A stretch of DNA of 64,000 nucleotides from Candidatus Bathyarchaeota archaeon (lineage in GTDB: Archaea > Thermoproteota > Bathyarchaeia > Bathyarchaeales > Bathycorpusculaceae), in assembly GCA_963775465.1 (NCBI GenBank), contig CAVZIW010000010.1:42866-106865 (forward strand). Reading direction: 5' to 3'. Below the pieces are notes generated by a model. The model had not been told where the DNA came from. It made no database searches and worked only from the letters and a program-made list of their open reading frames with translations. The position numbers were made by a program, and so were the translations under genes. Positions 40,192-50,576 of the stretch are shown piece by piece (the stretch's first letter is position 1; every line of letters begins with the position of its first letter).

Positions 40192-41427
40192 ATGGATAAG
40201 ATTCGAGTACGCGCATATAACGTTCTCTTTGGTGACGCTTTCTTAGTCACATTTCCAGAAACTAAGTTAGACGGCACAGTTGAAACTCGGAACATCCTTA
40301 TTGATGTTGGAAATCTTCTTCGCAAAGGTGGCAGTGATAAGGTTTTCAAACCGGTTGTAGAGGACATCCTCAAAGAACTCAACGGCAGACCGCTTGATCT
40401 TTATATTATGACGCATGAACATCTCGATCATGTTCAGGGTTTGCCATATGCCGAAGAAAAACTGTACACAGAAACTGATGATGAACTTGCAAAGAGACTC
40501 AAGACCCGTTACACATGGCTCACCGCCTCATCTGAGGATGGATACTACGAAAAACACCCCAAGGCGAAGGAGAAACATTTGGAGTTCTCTGCTACCTACA
40601 AAGAAATTGACAGATTCATGCAAACACTAGAAGCAGACGTGCCTTTAACAGATAGATTATTATGGCTCAATAACTCGGACAATACCAAAAACTGTGTAAA
40701 CTACTTGAAGGGGATAGGTGAGAAGACATTTTACGTTTCTCGTGCATGCGCTAGACACAAAGGAATAGTTTTTGATCCTAATGAGTGCCACCCCTTTAGC
40801 GAAGCTAGAATTGAAATTCTGGCTCCGGAAGAGGATACATCCATTTACTATTCAAAAACTAGAATTGCACCAATGAGCTTGGGTGTCACTGAGACTTCAA
40901 CTGGAAGCGGGAAGCGCCCGTCTCTAACGGATGTATTTCCCCCTTCTGGAGTGGACGCTGGAGCTTTCTATGAATTAGTTAAAATGAGAAGAGATGGGCA
41001 TTTTGATAACCTGCTTGCAATCGACAAAGCTGCCAATAACACTAGCGTTGTGTTTTGTCTTGAATGGCGTGATTTTCGATTGCTTTTCCCAGGTGATGCG
41101 GAAAAAGAGAGCTGGAATGTAATAAACGACGTTTTTCCAAGTATTCTCAAACCGGTGCATTTCTTGAAGATAAGCCATCATGGAAGCCACAATGGGACTC
41201 CAGAACAAACGATATTAGAGAAAATATTGCCACAGACCAGAGTTGACGACAAACCACGCAAAGCGCTTCTTTCTGCCACAAGTGAAGAAGTATACACAAA
41301 CGTCCCTGACCCACAAACAGTAGATCGGATTAGACAACGCTGCGACAACCTTTACGAAGTTGAAGAAGTAGAACTCGGAAAACACATAGATATCGAGTTT
41401 GAGGCAGAACGTATTAGCTCTGAATAA
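40192..41427 (+). CDS. ComEC/Rec2-like metallo-beta-lactamase-fold hydrolase
   Basis: NVLFGDAFL, LIDVG, THEHLDH, NNTSVV, FPGDAE, KISHHGSHNG. Confidence 0.85.
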   Translation: MDKIRVRAYNVLFGDAFLVTFPETKLDGTVETRNILIDVGNLLRKGGSDKVFKPVVEDILKELNGRPLDLYIMTHEHLDHVQGLPYAEEKLYTETDDELAKRLKTRYTWLTASSEDGYYEKHPKAKEKHLEFSATYKEIDRFMQTLEADVPLTDRLLWLNNSDNTKNCVNYLKGIGEKTFYVSRACARHKGIVFDPNECHPFSEARIEILAPEEDTSIYYSKTRIAPMSLGVTETSTGSGKRPSLTDVFPPSGVDAGAFYELVKMRRDGHFDNLLAIDKAANNTSVVFCLEWRDFRLLFPGDAEKESWNVINDVFPSILKPVHFLKISHHGSHNGTPEQTILEKILPQTRVDDKPRKALLSATSEEVYTNVPDPQTVDRIRQRCDNLYEVEEVELGKHIDIEFEAERISSE

Positions 41428-41771
41428 ACAACTTTTCGAATTAACCACTAACAAGAAAGCAGCCATTGAAGAGAATCAACTGCATGCAAAGGTTGAGGTT
41501 TCCGAGTTGCAATATGGAGTTTGCATCATTTCTTCTAGATTCTTAGAGTTTTAGAGTCTTAGATTCATAGAGTCAATTTTCTGAAGAATTTTTTTTGACA
41601 TAGCGTCGATTGTATAGCTTTTTAGCTAAGGTTTTCAATTTTTGGAGGGGTATAGAGAGGTCTTTCTGATTTTATTTAATCATCAGAACCTATAAAAATT
41701 AAATAATAATATTCGTGTGGCATGTTTCTATGCCGCCCAATCCGAGGAAGACCTAAGCGAACTCAAAGCTT

Positions 41772-42503
41772 TTGAGCATAAAACGCATATTTAGAGCTAT
41801 GGCGCTATCTAAATTCATGGTCTTTGCGCTGGCTCTTGCTATTTCGTTCCCTCTGTGCATGGCAGAACTCACTCCAATTCCTGGAGGATATGACCCCGGC
41901 TGGGATATCGGTCCGGCAAGACCCAGTGAGTTTTTCACGATTCCGCCGAATGGAGGCAGTACAAGTTTTGTCTTCAAGTCTCTAGATTTAGAAGTCACCA
42001 TAAAGGGCGCTGAAAACCAGACGGAAGATGTTCGTGGCGAATTCAGCGCAATAAAATACCTCGGCAATCCTATGGCTCGTGCAAGCTTACCATCTGACTT
42101 CAAGGCAGCAACTTTTGTCTTAGTTTCTTGCTTTGGCGTGAGTGACAGTGACATTGCTCCAAACGGCATAAAGATGAGCTTTAGCTATGATCCTGAAAAG
42201 GTCGGAAGCCCGCGGCAGATATTGAGGTATGATCCAGAAAAAGGCGTGTATTCTCCGCTTCAAACGGTTGATGATTCGCAGGCAAAAACATTGACTGCCA
42301 TCATATCGACTACGCAAGGGCTCTATGCAATTGGGGGAAGCGAGCCTTCACAGCTTATTTGGGTGGCAGCCGTTGTTTCTGTCATAGTTGCAGTTGTTGT
42401 CGCAGCAATGTTTTTGATCATAAGGAAAAAGGGTCATCTAAAGCCTTCCACAAACTGGGGTATAAAGGCTTTGCAGATTTTATCTTATCACCAGAACATA
42501 TAA
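41772..42503 (+). CDS. Secreted protein with C-terminal membrane anchor
   Basis: Signal peptide (probably from MALSK), beta-rich domain, TM helix + RKK. Confidence 0.7.
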   Translation: MSIKRIFRAMALSKFMVFALALAISFPLCMAELTPIPGGYDPGWDIGPARPSEFFTIPPNGGSTSFVFKSLDLEVTIKGAENQTEDVRGEFSAIKYLGNPMARASLPSDFKAATFVLVSCFGVSDSDIAPNGIKMSFSYDPEKVGSPRQILRYDPEKGVYSPLQTVDDSQAKTLTAIISTTQGLYAIGGSEPSQLIWVAAVVSVIVAVVVAAMFLIIRKKGHLKPSTNWGIKALQILSYHQNI

Positions 42504-42714
42504 AATACAACAAATAATTTTGAGGTTGTCTAATTCTATCCGCTCCAATCGGCGACAGACCTTTTGCCCGAATGTTTATGATTTAAGGATTGATTTTGGA
42601 CACTTTTTTTCGGCAATAATCTTGACCAAAAAAAGACATTTTCTTTGCCAAATTGGCAAGTCACCTATCCCTTTGAAAAAATAGGCTTCTTCAACCTGGG
42701 ATTGTCTGGGATTA

Positions 42715-42918
42715 TTAGTTTGTTTTTACGTTAAGTGCGTTATTTGCCAGCTTATAATTCATAAACGCAATTAATCTAGGGCAATTTTGGAATTCATCCT
42801 TTTCGCAAAATCTTGACAATGCATCACTGTCAACATTCCAGGGTGAGGTTTCAACTGAGGCTAGGCAAGTTTTTGTTTTATCTTCGTCTTTTCCTATTTC
42901 AAGACACACACATTGCAT
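42715..42918 (-). CDS. Small Cys-containing protein
   Basis: C.CL...CLA...FC....FQNCPRL; AGGTG upstream. Confidence 0.45.
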   Translation of the reverse strand: MQCVCLEIGKDEDKTKTCLASVETSPWNVDSDALSRFCEKDEFQNCPRLIAFMNYKLANNALNVKTN

Positions 42919-43049
42919 TCAAAGCACCTAATCTTAATTCTTGATTAATGCTTAAAATAATTTCTCAAATCTTCTTATTTTTAATACATAATATGAAAAA
43001 TTATAAATATTGATTAGCCTAAATTTATCTTGTCGGAAGTGTTCTCTAC

Positions 43050-44285
43050 TTGAAAAGTGAACCAAACGACTCTGAGAAATCGAAAAACCCGATATCTGGC
43101 AAGATCGTGTTTGCTGCAGTTCTGGTAGCGACATTAGCTGTATCAAGTTTTTTAGGTTTCTATAGCCTTTGGGCTGACCAAGCTTTCAACATAGAAATAA
43201 AAAATCCCGTAGAAGCAAGGTTTCTTGATGGCAACATAACCTGCTTTGTCTACAATTTAACATATTCTGTAGAGAACTATTTTCCTTTTAAAAATTATAC
43301 TATTTACCCCAAAATAGCAAAGAATAATTCTAACATTTATGAACCGATCGATAATACTGCAAAAGCATTCTCTGACAATAAAATCACAATTTCTTCTTTT
43401 GAGATAAAAACAACATATGGAGACAAAGAACTCTTTTCACCGTATAAAATTATTGATCCAAGAGTTCTCCCAGTTGTGCACACTCCGGGCTTGGCTAAAA
43501 CCACGCTTATCATCAATTGGAGTTACAATCAGACTACGATGGAGGGTGGTCAATCTGACTCTTTTGCTTTATTATTAACAAATAATCCAAACTCAACTGC
43601 CACTCGTGTTTCAGGGGATGACTTGTTGCCTAGGAAGAGTTTTGATCTTTTGTGGAATACTCTTCCTTTCGTTGTCTTTTGGGCTTTGGGGGTTGTGGTT
43701 TCCTGGATAGTTTTTGAACAAGGCAAAATTAAGGATGCGTTTGGTAATTTAACAAATTTTGATGTTGAAAGCTATCAAAAAGCTGGAAATGCTGAAAAGA
43801 AAAAATTGGAAGACAACTTAAATGAAATTATAGCTTTCCCGAAAAAAGAAAAAAGTTGGAATCGGCTATGGTTTGGATTGAGCATGTTTATAGTCAAAAA
43901 TTTGACCAGCAAAAAATGTAAAGAATATAGCGAAGGTAGCTTCAAAGTCTCTCCATACATGAAAAGGTCTCTCAAGGATATCTTTGGAAAGTATGAAAAA
44001 AATACGCTTGAGAAGATTGAGGACACACTTCCTGAGATTAAAACAATTCTCATATTTTTTGGCTTTCTGGCTTCATTAGGCCTTACTTTTTCTTTCAACA
44101 TCGGAGCAGTTGGAGCATTAATTTACGTGGTGATTTTATTCTATGTTTTTTTCAATATGGGGGCATCCATTCAATTTGTCTGGAAATCAAAAACAGACCG
44201 TAACTGGATAATTGCAACTTTTATTATAGCACTGGTCATAGTAGTCCTTTCAAGCATAGTTTCAGTTCTGCGAGTTTTATCATAG
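43050..44285 (+). CDS. Hypothetical membrane protein
   Basis: N-terminal TM, soluble domain, several C-terminal TM helices; AT-rich. Confidence 0.65.
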   Translation: MKSEPNDSEKSKNPISGKIVFAAVLVATLAVSSFLGFYSLWADQAFNIEIKNPVEARFLDGNITCFVYNLTYSVENYFPFKNYTIYPKIAKNNSNIYEPIDNTAKAFSDNKITISSFEIKTTYGDKELFSPYKIIDPRVLPVVHTPGLAKTTLIINWSYNQTTMEGGQSDSFALLLTNNPNSTATRVSGDDLLPRKSFDLLWNTLPFVVFWALGVVVSWIVFEQGKIKDAFGNLTNFDVESYQKAGNAEKKKLEDNLNEIIAFPKKEKSWNRLWFGLSMFIVKNLTSKKCKEYSEGSFKVSPYMKRSLKDIFGKYEKNTLEKIEDTLPEIKTILIFFGFLASLGLTFSFNIGAVGALIYVVILFYVFFNMGASIQFVWKSKTDRNWIIATFIIALVIVVLSSIVSVLRVLS

Positions 44286-44523
44286 ATATAGTTGAGGATA
44301 ATTTTGGTTTAATTGCTATGATCAATGCTAAAGCGTTTTTAATCAAAGCCTTCCAAAATCTGGGTCCCATAGTGGGGTCAGGTCTTCTGAAATCATCAGA
44401 ATATATAAAAATACAAAATTTCTCTCGCTTTACCCGCCAGTTTCTGAAAGACCTTTTGCCCCAATTACTGTACTCAATGAACTTGTGCCTAAATTTTTCT
44501 GCGCAAGTGTGCAGAGACTCTAC

Positions 44524-44757
44524 CTAATGCTCAACGATCATAAGCGTCAGGATCGTGACAATACCAACTAACTGCGTCAAATTGTATTTGATTATCTCCC
44601 TGAGTCTGTCGATCGAATTTGCACTAACCTTGATTAAGAAATCGTAAACACCATACAAAGCGTGAGCTTCCTCAACGCCACTGACCTGCTTTATTCTTTG
44701 AAGAACATTTTCTTTCCCTGCAATGTCCGTATTTACCAAAATTAACGCTGAAACCAT
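44524..44757 (-). CDS. Lrp/AsnC ligand-binding domain protein
   Basis: MVSALILVNT..GVEEAHALYGVYDFLIKV. Confidence 0.85.
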   Translation of the reverse strand: MVSALILVNTDIAGKENVLQRIKQVSGVEEAHALYGVYDFLIKVSANSIDRLREIIKYNLTQLVGIVTILTLMIVEH

Positions 44758-45085
44758 ATCTATCCCTTTAGCCGTGAGTTTGCTTAGGTTGAGCGCAGTA
44801 AAAGTTGCCGTTGAGCTTGACAAGCGATGGGCATTTTCCGTCTTGACAGTTACTCAGCCATTGGCATGGGGCTTTTACATCGTGGACTCTAGGCATATAG
44901 GTTGGATGTGATTTTTTAATCATGTTTTCCATTTTGATTCCTCAAAAATCAGTATAATGGATATTGCAAAATCGCTGTTTTAAAAATATGTGATTGCAGG
45001 ATAGCTACAACAAGCTTGCTTGCTAAATCATTGCATACAAGCATGTTATGTCCTAACCAGGGAAGCGAAATCGGAGTGATAATTC

Positions 45086-45220
45086 ATGAACCGGCAACCT
45101 GAGATATTCCTCGGCGATCTATCATCTGAGACACAGAAAAGAGTCCTCAAGTTCCTCAGAATCAAAAACTCCTAAGAAGCTAACCTCGAGTCTTTCCATT
45201 GTTTGTGTTGTTTCTTTGAG
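45086..45220 (+). pseudogene. Possible decayed small gene
   Basis: MNRQPEIFLGDLSSETQKRVLKFLRIKNS*EANLE.. with an in-frame stop; GGAGTGA upstream. Confidence 0.3.
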
Positions 45221-45273
45221 GTGACAACATATCTTATTATGGATTTTCTACCATAATACTTTGTTTTTAAGAA

Positions 45274-45456
45274 ATGAAACAAGTTTTGCTGACAAAATGC
45301 CCAATCTGCGGAAAAAGCCCAGGTAAACCAGTGAAATCTCTGAAAAACTGTTGTTTCCAAATTGAAGGATATGCCTGCAATGCTTGCGGGGCATCCTTTA
45401 AAGTGACAAACGAGGTAATTTTTGGCTGTTTAACGAAAAACAGTGTAATCGTCTAG
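45274..45456 (+). CDS. Small zinc-ribbon protein (paralog of 13051-13176)
   Basis: KCPICG...KP.KSLKN..F.IEGY.C.AC..SFKV. Confidence 0.55.
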   Translation: MKQVLLTKCPICGKSPGKPVKSLKNCCFQIEGYACNACGASFKVTNEVIFGCLTKNSVIV

Positions 45457-45648
45457 TTCTGAGATTTCCACGTTGTGCTTGAGCATTATGCGTCTTAGGC
45501 AGTCCCGTTCGAATTGGGGGCAAATCCATTTGGCTTTCAAGATATAGCCTGATTCAGTTTCCGATATGCTTACGGCTTGCGCTTCGATGAATGATTCGCA
45601 TTCATGCATGATTTCTTTTAGCAGCAAGACAGCGCCTGCCCGATCCAA
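45430..45648 (-). CDS. Small protein (paralog of 13251-13469)
   Basis: MDRAGAVLLLKEI...EISELDDYTVFR. Confidence 0.55.
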   Translation of the reverse strand: MDRAGAVLLLKEIMHECESFIEAQAVSISETESGYILKAKWICPQFERDCLRRIMLKHNVEISELDDYTVFR

Positions 45649-45835
45649 TTGCCCACCTTGAAATGAGCGTATTTCCTGAAGGGCATTTAAGAGTTTCCTA
45701 TGATCCTCAAAAACAAAATAAATTTCGGCCTTAACTAGACAGCCTTAGCTGAGGGATCATTCAATTACCCTCGGATAATCTTACCCAGCCGATGAGCAGA
45801 GAGCCCATGTCGGGGGTTATCAAAAAGAATGTTGA

Positions 45836-45924
45836 AGTGGACCGGGAAAATTTGCCCCTTCACGGAGCCATAGATTCACCCGCATTTTCCCTTTCTTATT
45901 TTAGTTGAACCATCTCTTGATGCC
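45836..45924. repeat. tRNA-fragment-linked dispersed repeat, degenerate copy
   Basis: GTGGACCGGG (reverse complement CCCGGTCCAC, tRNA-Ala-like end), then TCACCCGCA, pyrimidine tract, TGATGCC. Confidence 0.45.
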
Positions 45925-45990
45925 TTTTATAAATTAATAAAAATATTACTGCAACTGCATAAATATTTAATAAATATAATTCCTATTTTT

Positions 45991-46464
45991 ATGTTAAGGC
46001 GATTTTTCTTGACGATTGAAGAAAATAAGGCAACCCTGAGAAGATTTATTGAAGCCTACAATAATCGTAATTTAGAAATATTTGAAGAATTAGTGGAACC
46101 CGATTTCATAGATCGCACCCACCGACAGAAAGGCAGGGAACCATTCAAAAAACTTTTCACCCTAGCCTTTGCGGGCTTCCCCGACTGGCATGAAGAAATC
46201 GAAGATATGGTTGCTGAAGGGGAAAAAGTCTGGGTGAAGGTTAAGGCAACTGGAACGCATACTGGCAACTGGGAGCTTCTTGGAATTTCCCTACCTGCAA
46301 CAGGCAAAAAAATAACAATGCCTATGGTCTTCTTCTTTAGAATCATAAACGGTAAACTCGTCGAAACAGGCGAACTCGACGATCAACTCGACTTCTTCCA
46401 CAAGATGGGACTAATAGAATACACTCAAAAAGGCGAAAAGCTCCTCTCCCAAACACCAACATAA
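45991..46464 (+). CDS. SnoaL-like ester cyclase
   Basis: EENKATLRRF, FPDW...IEDMVAEGEKV, GTHTG..G..ATGK. Confidence 0.9.
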   Translation: MLRRFFLTIEENKATLRRFIEAYNNRNLEIFEELVEPDFIDRTHRQKGREPFKKLFTLAFAGFPDWHEEIEDMVAEGEKVWVKVKATGTHTGNWELLGISLPATGKKITMPMVFFFRIINGKLVETGELDDQLDFFHKMGLIEYTQKGEKLLSQTPT

Positions 46465-46480
46465 AATAAAGGTTCCCGCT

Positions 46481-46939
46481 TTGATAAAATTCGAGGTTAA
46501 AGAAATAATCAACCGATCGGTGGATCAGGTTTTTGCTTTTATAGCTGAAGGCGAAAACAACTCTAAATGGAATTCCGCAGTCACATCGGTTACAAAAATC
46601 TCTCACGGCCCAGCCAAAAAAGGATCACAATACTCTATGACTCGAAATCTTCCAAACGGAACCGCAAAAAACATTTACGAAATAGTTGATTACGAACCAA
46701 ACCGGACTCTTACTATCAAAATTACTTCAGGTCCAACTCCATTTACTTATCGTTATGAATTCAAACCCGTAGGCGACGCAACCGAAGTTTCGATGAAAGC
46801 TGAGGTGGATAAGGAAGGACTTGTTGAAGTCTTAGGGCTGAAAGCTAAAATCGCACCTGAATTGGTACTATCCGGATTGCTTAAAAAAGGGGTAGAAACA
46901 AACTTCCAGGCGCTAAAGAAAATTCTGGAGTCTGCCTAA
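46481..46939 (+). CDS. SRPBCC (polyketide cyclase-like) family protein
   Basis: INRSVDQVFAFI..N.KW, YEPNR, LKKILES. Confidence 0.85.
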   Translation: MIKFEVKEIINRSVDQVFAFIAEGENNSKWNSAVTSVTKISHGPAKKGSQYSMTRNLPNGTAKNIYEIVDYEPNRTLTIKITSGPTPFTYRYEFKPVGDATEVSMKAEVDKEGLVEVLGLKAKIAPELVLSGLLKKGVETNFQALKKILESA

Positions 46940-47283
46940 TTTAGCAAAGAAACTGCTTTCACAAACGTTTTCTTGCTTGAATTTGTCTTCGAATATTCGT
47001 TGAATAGGTAGACGACGAGTAGGGCGCACGCAGCTGCCACTGAGCGTTTAACCGATATGATGCTCGGCAGAGTAGCGAATTTAGAAGAACCAGATTCAGG
47101 TCAGGTTGTTAAGGGCCAGAAGAAGCTCGGGGATTATGTTAGATGAATCAAGCTGACAAGCACTTTGCAGGATCGTTCTGATTGAACATGGCTTCGAGTA
47201 CATTACTGAGTTTCAAGGTGCGAAAATCTTCAGGAAACGCAAGCTTTAGCAGAAGTTTACCCTCCTGCTTGTTTACATCTGTA

Positions 47284-47440
47284 TGATGCAGGGGTGGGAT
47301 TCGAACCCAAGTGAGAGGGAGATATCACCCGCAAAACCTTCTTTTCTTTTTTTGATGCCGTTTTGAGGTGGATGTGCTTAAGGATTAGTAGTATAGTAAG
47401 AGTAAATAGCAACTTTTTGAAGTCGAGAGAGATTAAAATT
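47284..47440. repeat. tRNA-Leu-like 3' fragment plus dispersed repeat
   Basis: Reverse complement GGGTTCGAATCCCACCCCTGCA; shares GAACCCAAG..GGAGATATCACCCGCA..TGATGCC with 57867-57960 and 27 identical nt (inverted) with 63001-63027. Confidence 0.65.
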
Positions 47441-47541
47441 TTGTTCCTTCCTCCAAAAAAATCTTGAAACAAGAAACTAACTAACCAATAGCAGAGCAAT
47501 CAGGGCGCGCGCTGCCTTGTCCCGAAATTAAGTGTAAAAAA

Positions 47542-47736
47542 ATGTTGCCCACCAAAATATACACCCGCAGTTTACCGAATAAGCAACATAGGCAAATTCG
47601 ACCGCACGGCCAGATTGCAACGTTCTGCTGTAACCGATGCAAAATTCTCCTATGCTACAAATGCAACCTCAACATGGCAATTAGAGGGCTAAAGAAAAGT
47701 GGGAAATGCCACATGTGCGGAGGAAAACTGCACTGA
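47542..47736 (+). CDS. Small Cys-rich zinc-finger ORF, possibly a remnant
   Basis: CNRC..CYKC..CHMCGG. Confidence 0.45.
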   Translation: MLPTKIYTRSLPNKQHRQIRPHGQIATFCCNRCKILLCYKCNLNMAIRGLKKSGKCHMCGGKLH

Positions 47737-47879
47737 ATCTCAATATTATTTGCTACAAATTATCAAAGAAACGAAGAACCATCTAACTAGCTATTTTATA
47801 GAATCTAATGCAGAACTTAATCATTCTATATTTTTCCAATACTTTTAAAAACTTAAAAAAAAGGAAAGATTGTTTTTGT

Positions 47880-50444
47880 TTATGGCCGCTTTCGTAGCAT
47901 CAGTAACGCCAGTATAATTCCAACGATAAAGATTGAAACTATTATTCCAGCAACGGCTGGAACAAAGTACATGTCAGCGACAGATTGCACTGGAGCTTCA
48001 GTTGGCATTGGAGTTGCAGGAGCTGGATCAACTGCAAAAGAGGTCACTGCGTGTGATGGCCAGTAAGATTCGCTGCCTGCAAAAGAGGCGTAAACAGTGT
48101 ATAGACCTTCTATGTCAGGTTTCCAGTTATAGGTGAAAAATCCGTCAGTGCTTGTTGTGGTACCGATTTCGCGGTAGTTTCCATTTGAGTCAACAACGCT
48201 CAGTACGATTGGAACGCCTATTGTGTCTGTAGGGCGAGGTTTCTGCATGTAAACGTAGTCCATCCATAGACCTTGACTTGCATCTGAAACTGCAGGAACA
48301 CCGTTGGGGAAACGTGCAGCTTGCTCGTTTTGATTTGTGCCGGCAGCAATATCTGTAATTGTACCTTGAATTAATACACTACTTCCCAAGTTAACAACGT
48401 TATTTGGCACACTGACTGTCGTTGCGCTTGGTCCTTTGCCAATACAGTATAGTTGACCATCATAATAGTTGTAGTATACCCAAAATCCGTCTGCGACAAC
48501 AGTGCCATCCCGACCGAGTTGTCCTCCGAATGCATCAAGAGTAAAGATTTCTGTTCCGTCAGTTGCATTAACACATCTTGCAAGTGCCCCTTTCCACATT
48601 GGCGTATCAGGTGAGTGTTCACTAGACATCATGTAGACTTTTCCGTCAGCAAGAGCATATATGAATGTAGGGTATCTACCCCAAGATGACTGCAGATTTG
48701 TACTTGTGCTGTTTCCTGTTCCACCATTTCCGTAGCTCCATAACAGTGTTCCATCTTTAGTATCCCAGCAATATAGCACTCCATCCCATCCTATGTTGTA
48801 GAGACGTCCGTATGCGGTAGCTGGAGTTAAGCCGACAGTGCCCAAATCGAAATATGCTAAGTCAGAAGCACCTTCAACAGGAGGGGTCTGCCACATTAAA
48901 TCTCCCGTGTCAAGATTGTAACCTATCTGCAATGATGTTTCTTTGTCTCGGAACATTATAACTCGGTTGACTGGATCTATTGCGGTTAATCGACGTGTTA
49001 CGTTGTTAGGCGGCGCTGAATAATCTTTCATCCATAACAATGAGCCTTCGTGGCCTGGTTTCAGACTAATAGCCCACATAGTGTACGGATCTGGGGTGAG
49101 AAATGAACTAAATCCGGCAAAGGAGGTCGTTCCTAAAATTATGTCACCAACTAACGCGTACCTTATGGCTGTTGACGTTGGCAGTTCTGAGGGTAAGGTG
49201 ACATTCCAGTCATAACGCTCCGGTAAGCTTGCATCTATCTCGCTATTGATCCATCCTGCAGGGTTAGTACCGGAAAGAGGCAGTAGTCTGGAAGAGTTCC
49301 ATTGAGCAAGCCAATGATTTCTCAAGTCAATCTGGTAGCGCAGTATTTCTCCTTTTGGTCCAGCTGCAGCAAAACCTGAAGGCACATTAGTAACATTCAA
49401 ACCGGTTAGCTGTCCCGTGCGGGGGTCAATTGCCTGCCATGTCTGAGTGCTAAATCCAGAAGTTACCATAAGCAAACCATCTGGCATTACGCCATGCTGA
49501 TTCTCATAGTCAAGAGCATAATAGTAGCCAAATGATGGAACCCCAACACCTGTAGTATTGAAGGTCCATAGTTCTTCTCCAGTTCGTAGATCGACCGCTG
49601 CATATCCGCCGTTGCTTCCGTAATTCTGGTAGGGCATTTCAAAGAACAACCTACCACCCATCGCTATTGGGTTGAGAAATCGCGGATTATAAGTGAGCCC
49701 TTGATAGAAGGTTTCACCCGGTGTTCCTAAGCCGCTTCCTCCTACAACACCTGCATCACTGAGGGGTTTGGTCCACATTACGTGTGCGCTACCAGGTGCT
49801 GTGCCGTCTGGTTGGTATAATTGATGTGCTGTATTTCCAGATATGTATGGACTTCCTAGCCAGTTTGACGCAATTGTCCACCAGTCAGTGTTTTGTCCTT
49901 CGATGGGTCGTGTCCAGTATTCTGTTGGCAAGGGATAACTGTTTATGGGAGCAGGTAAAGGTTCGTCTTGCACGGTTATTTTTACTGTCTTGCTAGTTGC
50001 ACCTAGAAAGACTGTGTTGGTCCATTGTCTCATCGTGGAAGTGTCATTCCATGTATATACCTGATCAGGAAAGCTAAACACAAAAGAATAAGTGCCAACC
50101 TGGTCAGGGGTATATGAAGCCACTTGCCCGTTTCCTGTATCTTGAATGACAGGCCAATACATGGTTTCATTTTTTCCATCGGGTTTTGTGATCGTTAGGG
50201 TGTAGTCGTGTCTTCTTATGTCATTAGTTACTGCTGCACCAGGAAAAGTTGGGTTAGCGAACATGATTATTGTAAGTTTTTGCCCTACACCTATTGGGTC
50301 TGGTGACACGTCAAGGAGTGGCCAAGATTGTGTTTTTGACTCCGCACTAGCAGGTTGCAGAAATACAATGGAAACAAGCGTTGACATTAGCAGAAGCATA
50401 CATATTATAGTTACAAGTTTTTTTTTTGAAAATTGCGATAACAT
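47880..50444 (-). CDS. PQQ-like beta-propeller membrane-anchored protein (paralog B)
   Basis: Same architecture: signal peptide, PLPTEYWTRPIEG, SEHSP, RFPNGVPAVSD, TM helix + RKRP. Confidence 0.9.
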   Translation of the reverse strand: MLSQFSKKKLVTIICMLLLMSTLVSIVFLQPASAESKTQSWPLLDVSPDPIGVGQKLTIIMFANPTFPGAAVTNDIRRHDYTLTITKPDGKNETMYWPVIQDTGNGQVASYTPDQVGTYSFVFSFPDQVYTWNDTSTMRQWTNTVFLGATSKTVKITVQDEPLPAPINSYPLPTEYWTRPIEGQNTDWWTIASNWLGSPYISGNTAHQLYQPDGTAPGSAHVMWTKPLSDAGVVGGSGLGTPGETFYQGLTYNPRFLNPIAMGGRLFFEMPYQNYGSNGGYAAVDLRTGEELWTFNTTGVGVPSFGYYYALDYENQHGVMPDGLLMVTSGFSTQTWQAIDPRTGQLTGLNVTNVPSGFAAAGPKGEILRYQIDLRNHWLAQWNSSRLLPLSGTNPAGWINSEIDASLPERYDWNVTLPSELPTSTAIRYALVGDIILGTTSFAGFSSFLTPDPYTMWAISLKPGHEGSLLWMKDYSAPPNNVTRRLTAIDPVNRVIMFRDKETSLQIGYNLDTGDLMWQTPPVEGASDLAYFDLGTVGLTPATAYGRLYNIGWDGVLYCWDTKDGTLLWSYGNGGTGNSTSTNLQSSWGRYPTFIYALADGKVYMMSSEHSPDTPMWKGALARCVNATDGTEIFTLDAFGGQLGRDGTVVADGFWVYYNYYDGQLYCIGKGPSATTVSVPNNVVNLGSSVLIQGTITDIAAGTNQNEQAARFPNGVPAVSDASQGLWMDYVYMQKPRPTDTIGVPIVLSVVDSNGNYREIGTTTSTDGFFTYNWKPDIEGLYTVYASFAGSESYWPSHAVTSFAVDPAPATPMPTEAPVQSVADMYFVPAVAGIIVSIFIVGIILALLMLRKRP

Positions 50445-50576
50445 AGAATTTACTTTCTCCTATTTCTTAGGTAACTATTAATTTTGCAAGAAAAACAATT
50501 AAGACTAACTCATTGGGAGAGAGTTTAATTTATATATCCTATATCCCCACCCAAACTATAGTAGAGTTAGGCATGG

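Larger units (their letters stand above)
29714..44400. mobile_element. Integrated mobile element / island (right boundary uncertain)
   Basis: att-like fragment, tyrosine integrase, three RHH proteins, toxin-antitoxin pair, Zn-finger ORFs and orphan cargo genes. Confidence 0.55.

Noticed and set aside
47284-47360. Intact tRNA-Leu gene
   Set aside because: Only the T-arm and 3' acceptor strand are present; no D arm, anticodon arm or 5' acceptor strand
47021-47516. Short GC-rich words AGGGCGCACGCAGCTGCC / AGGGCGCGCGCTGCC (also GCGCGCGC near 35586 and 58984)
   Set aside because: Too short to distinguish from chance without a genome-wide count
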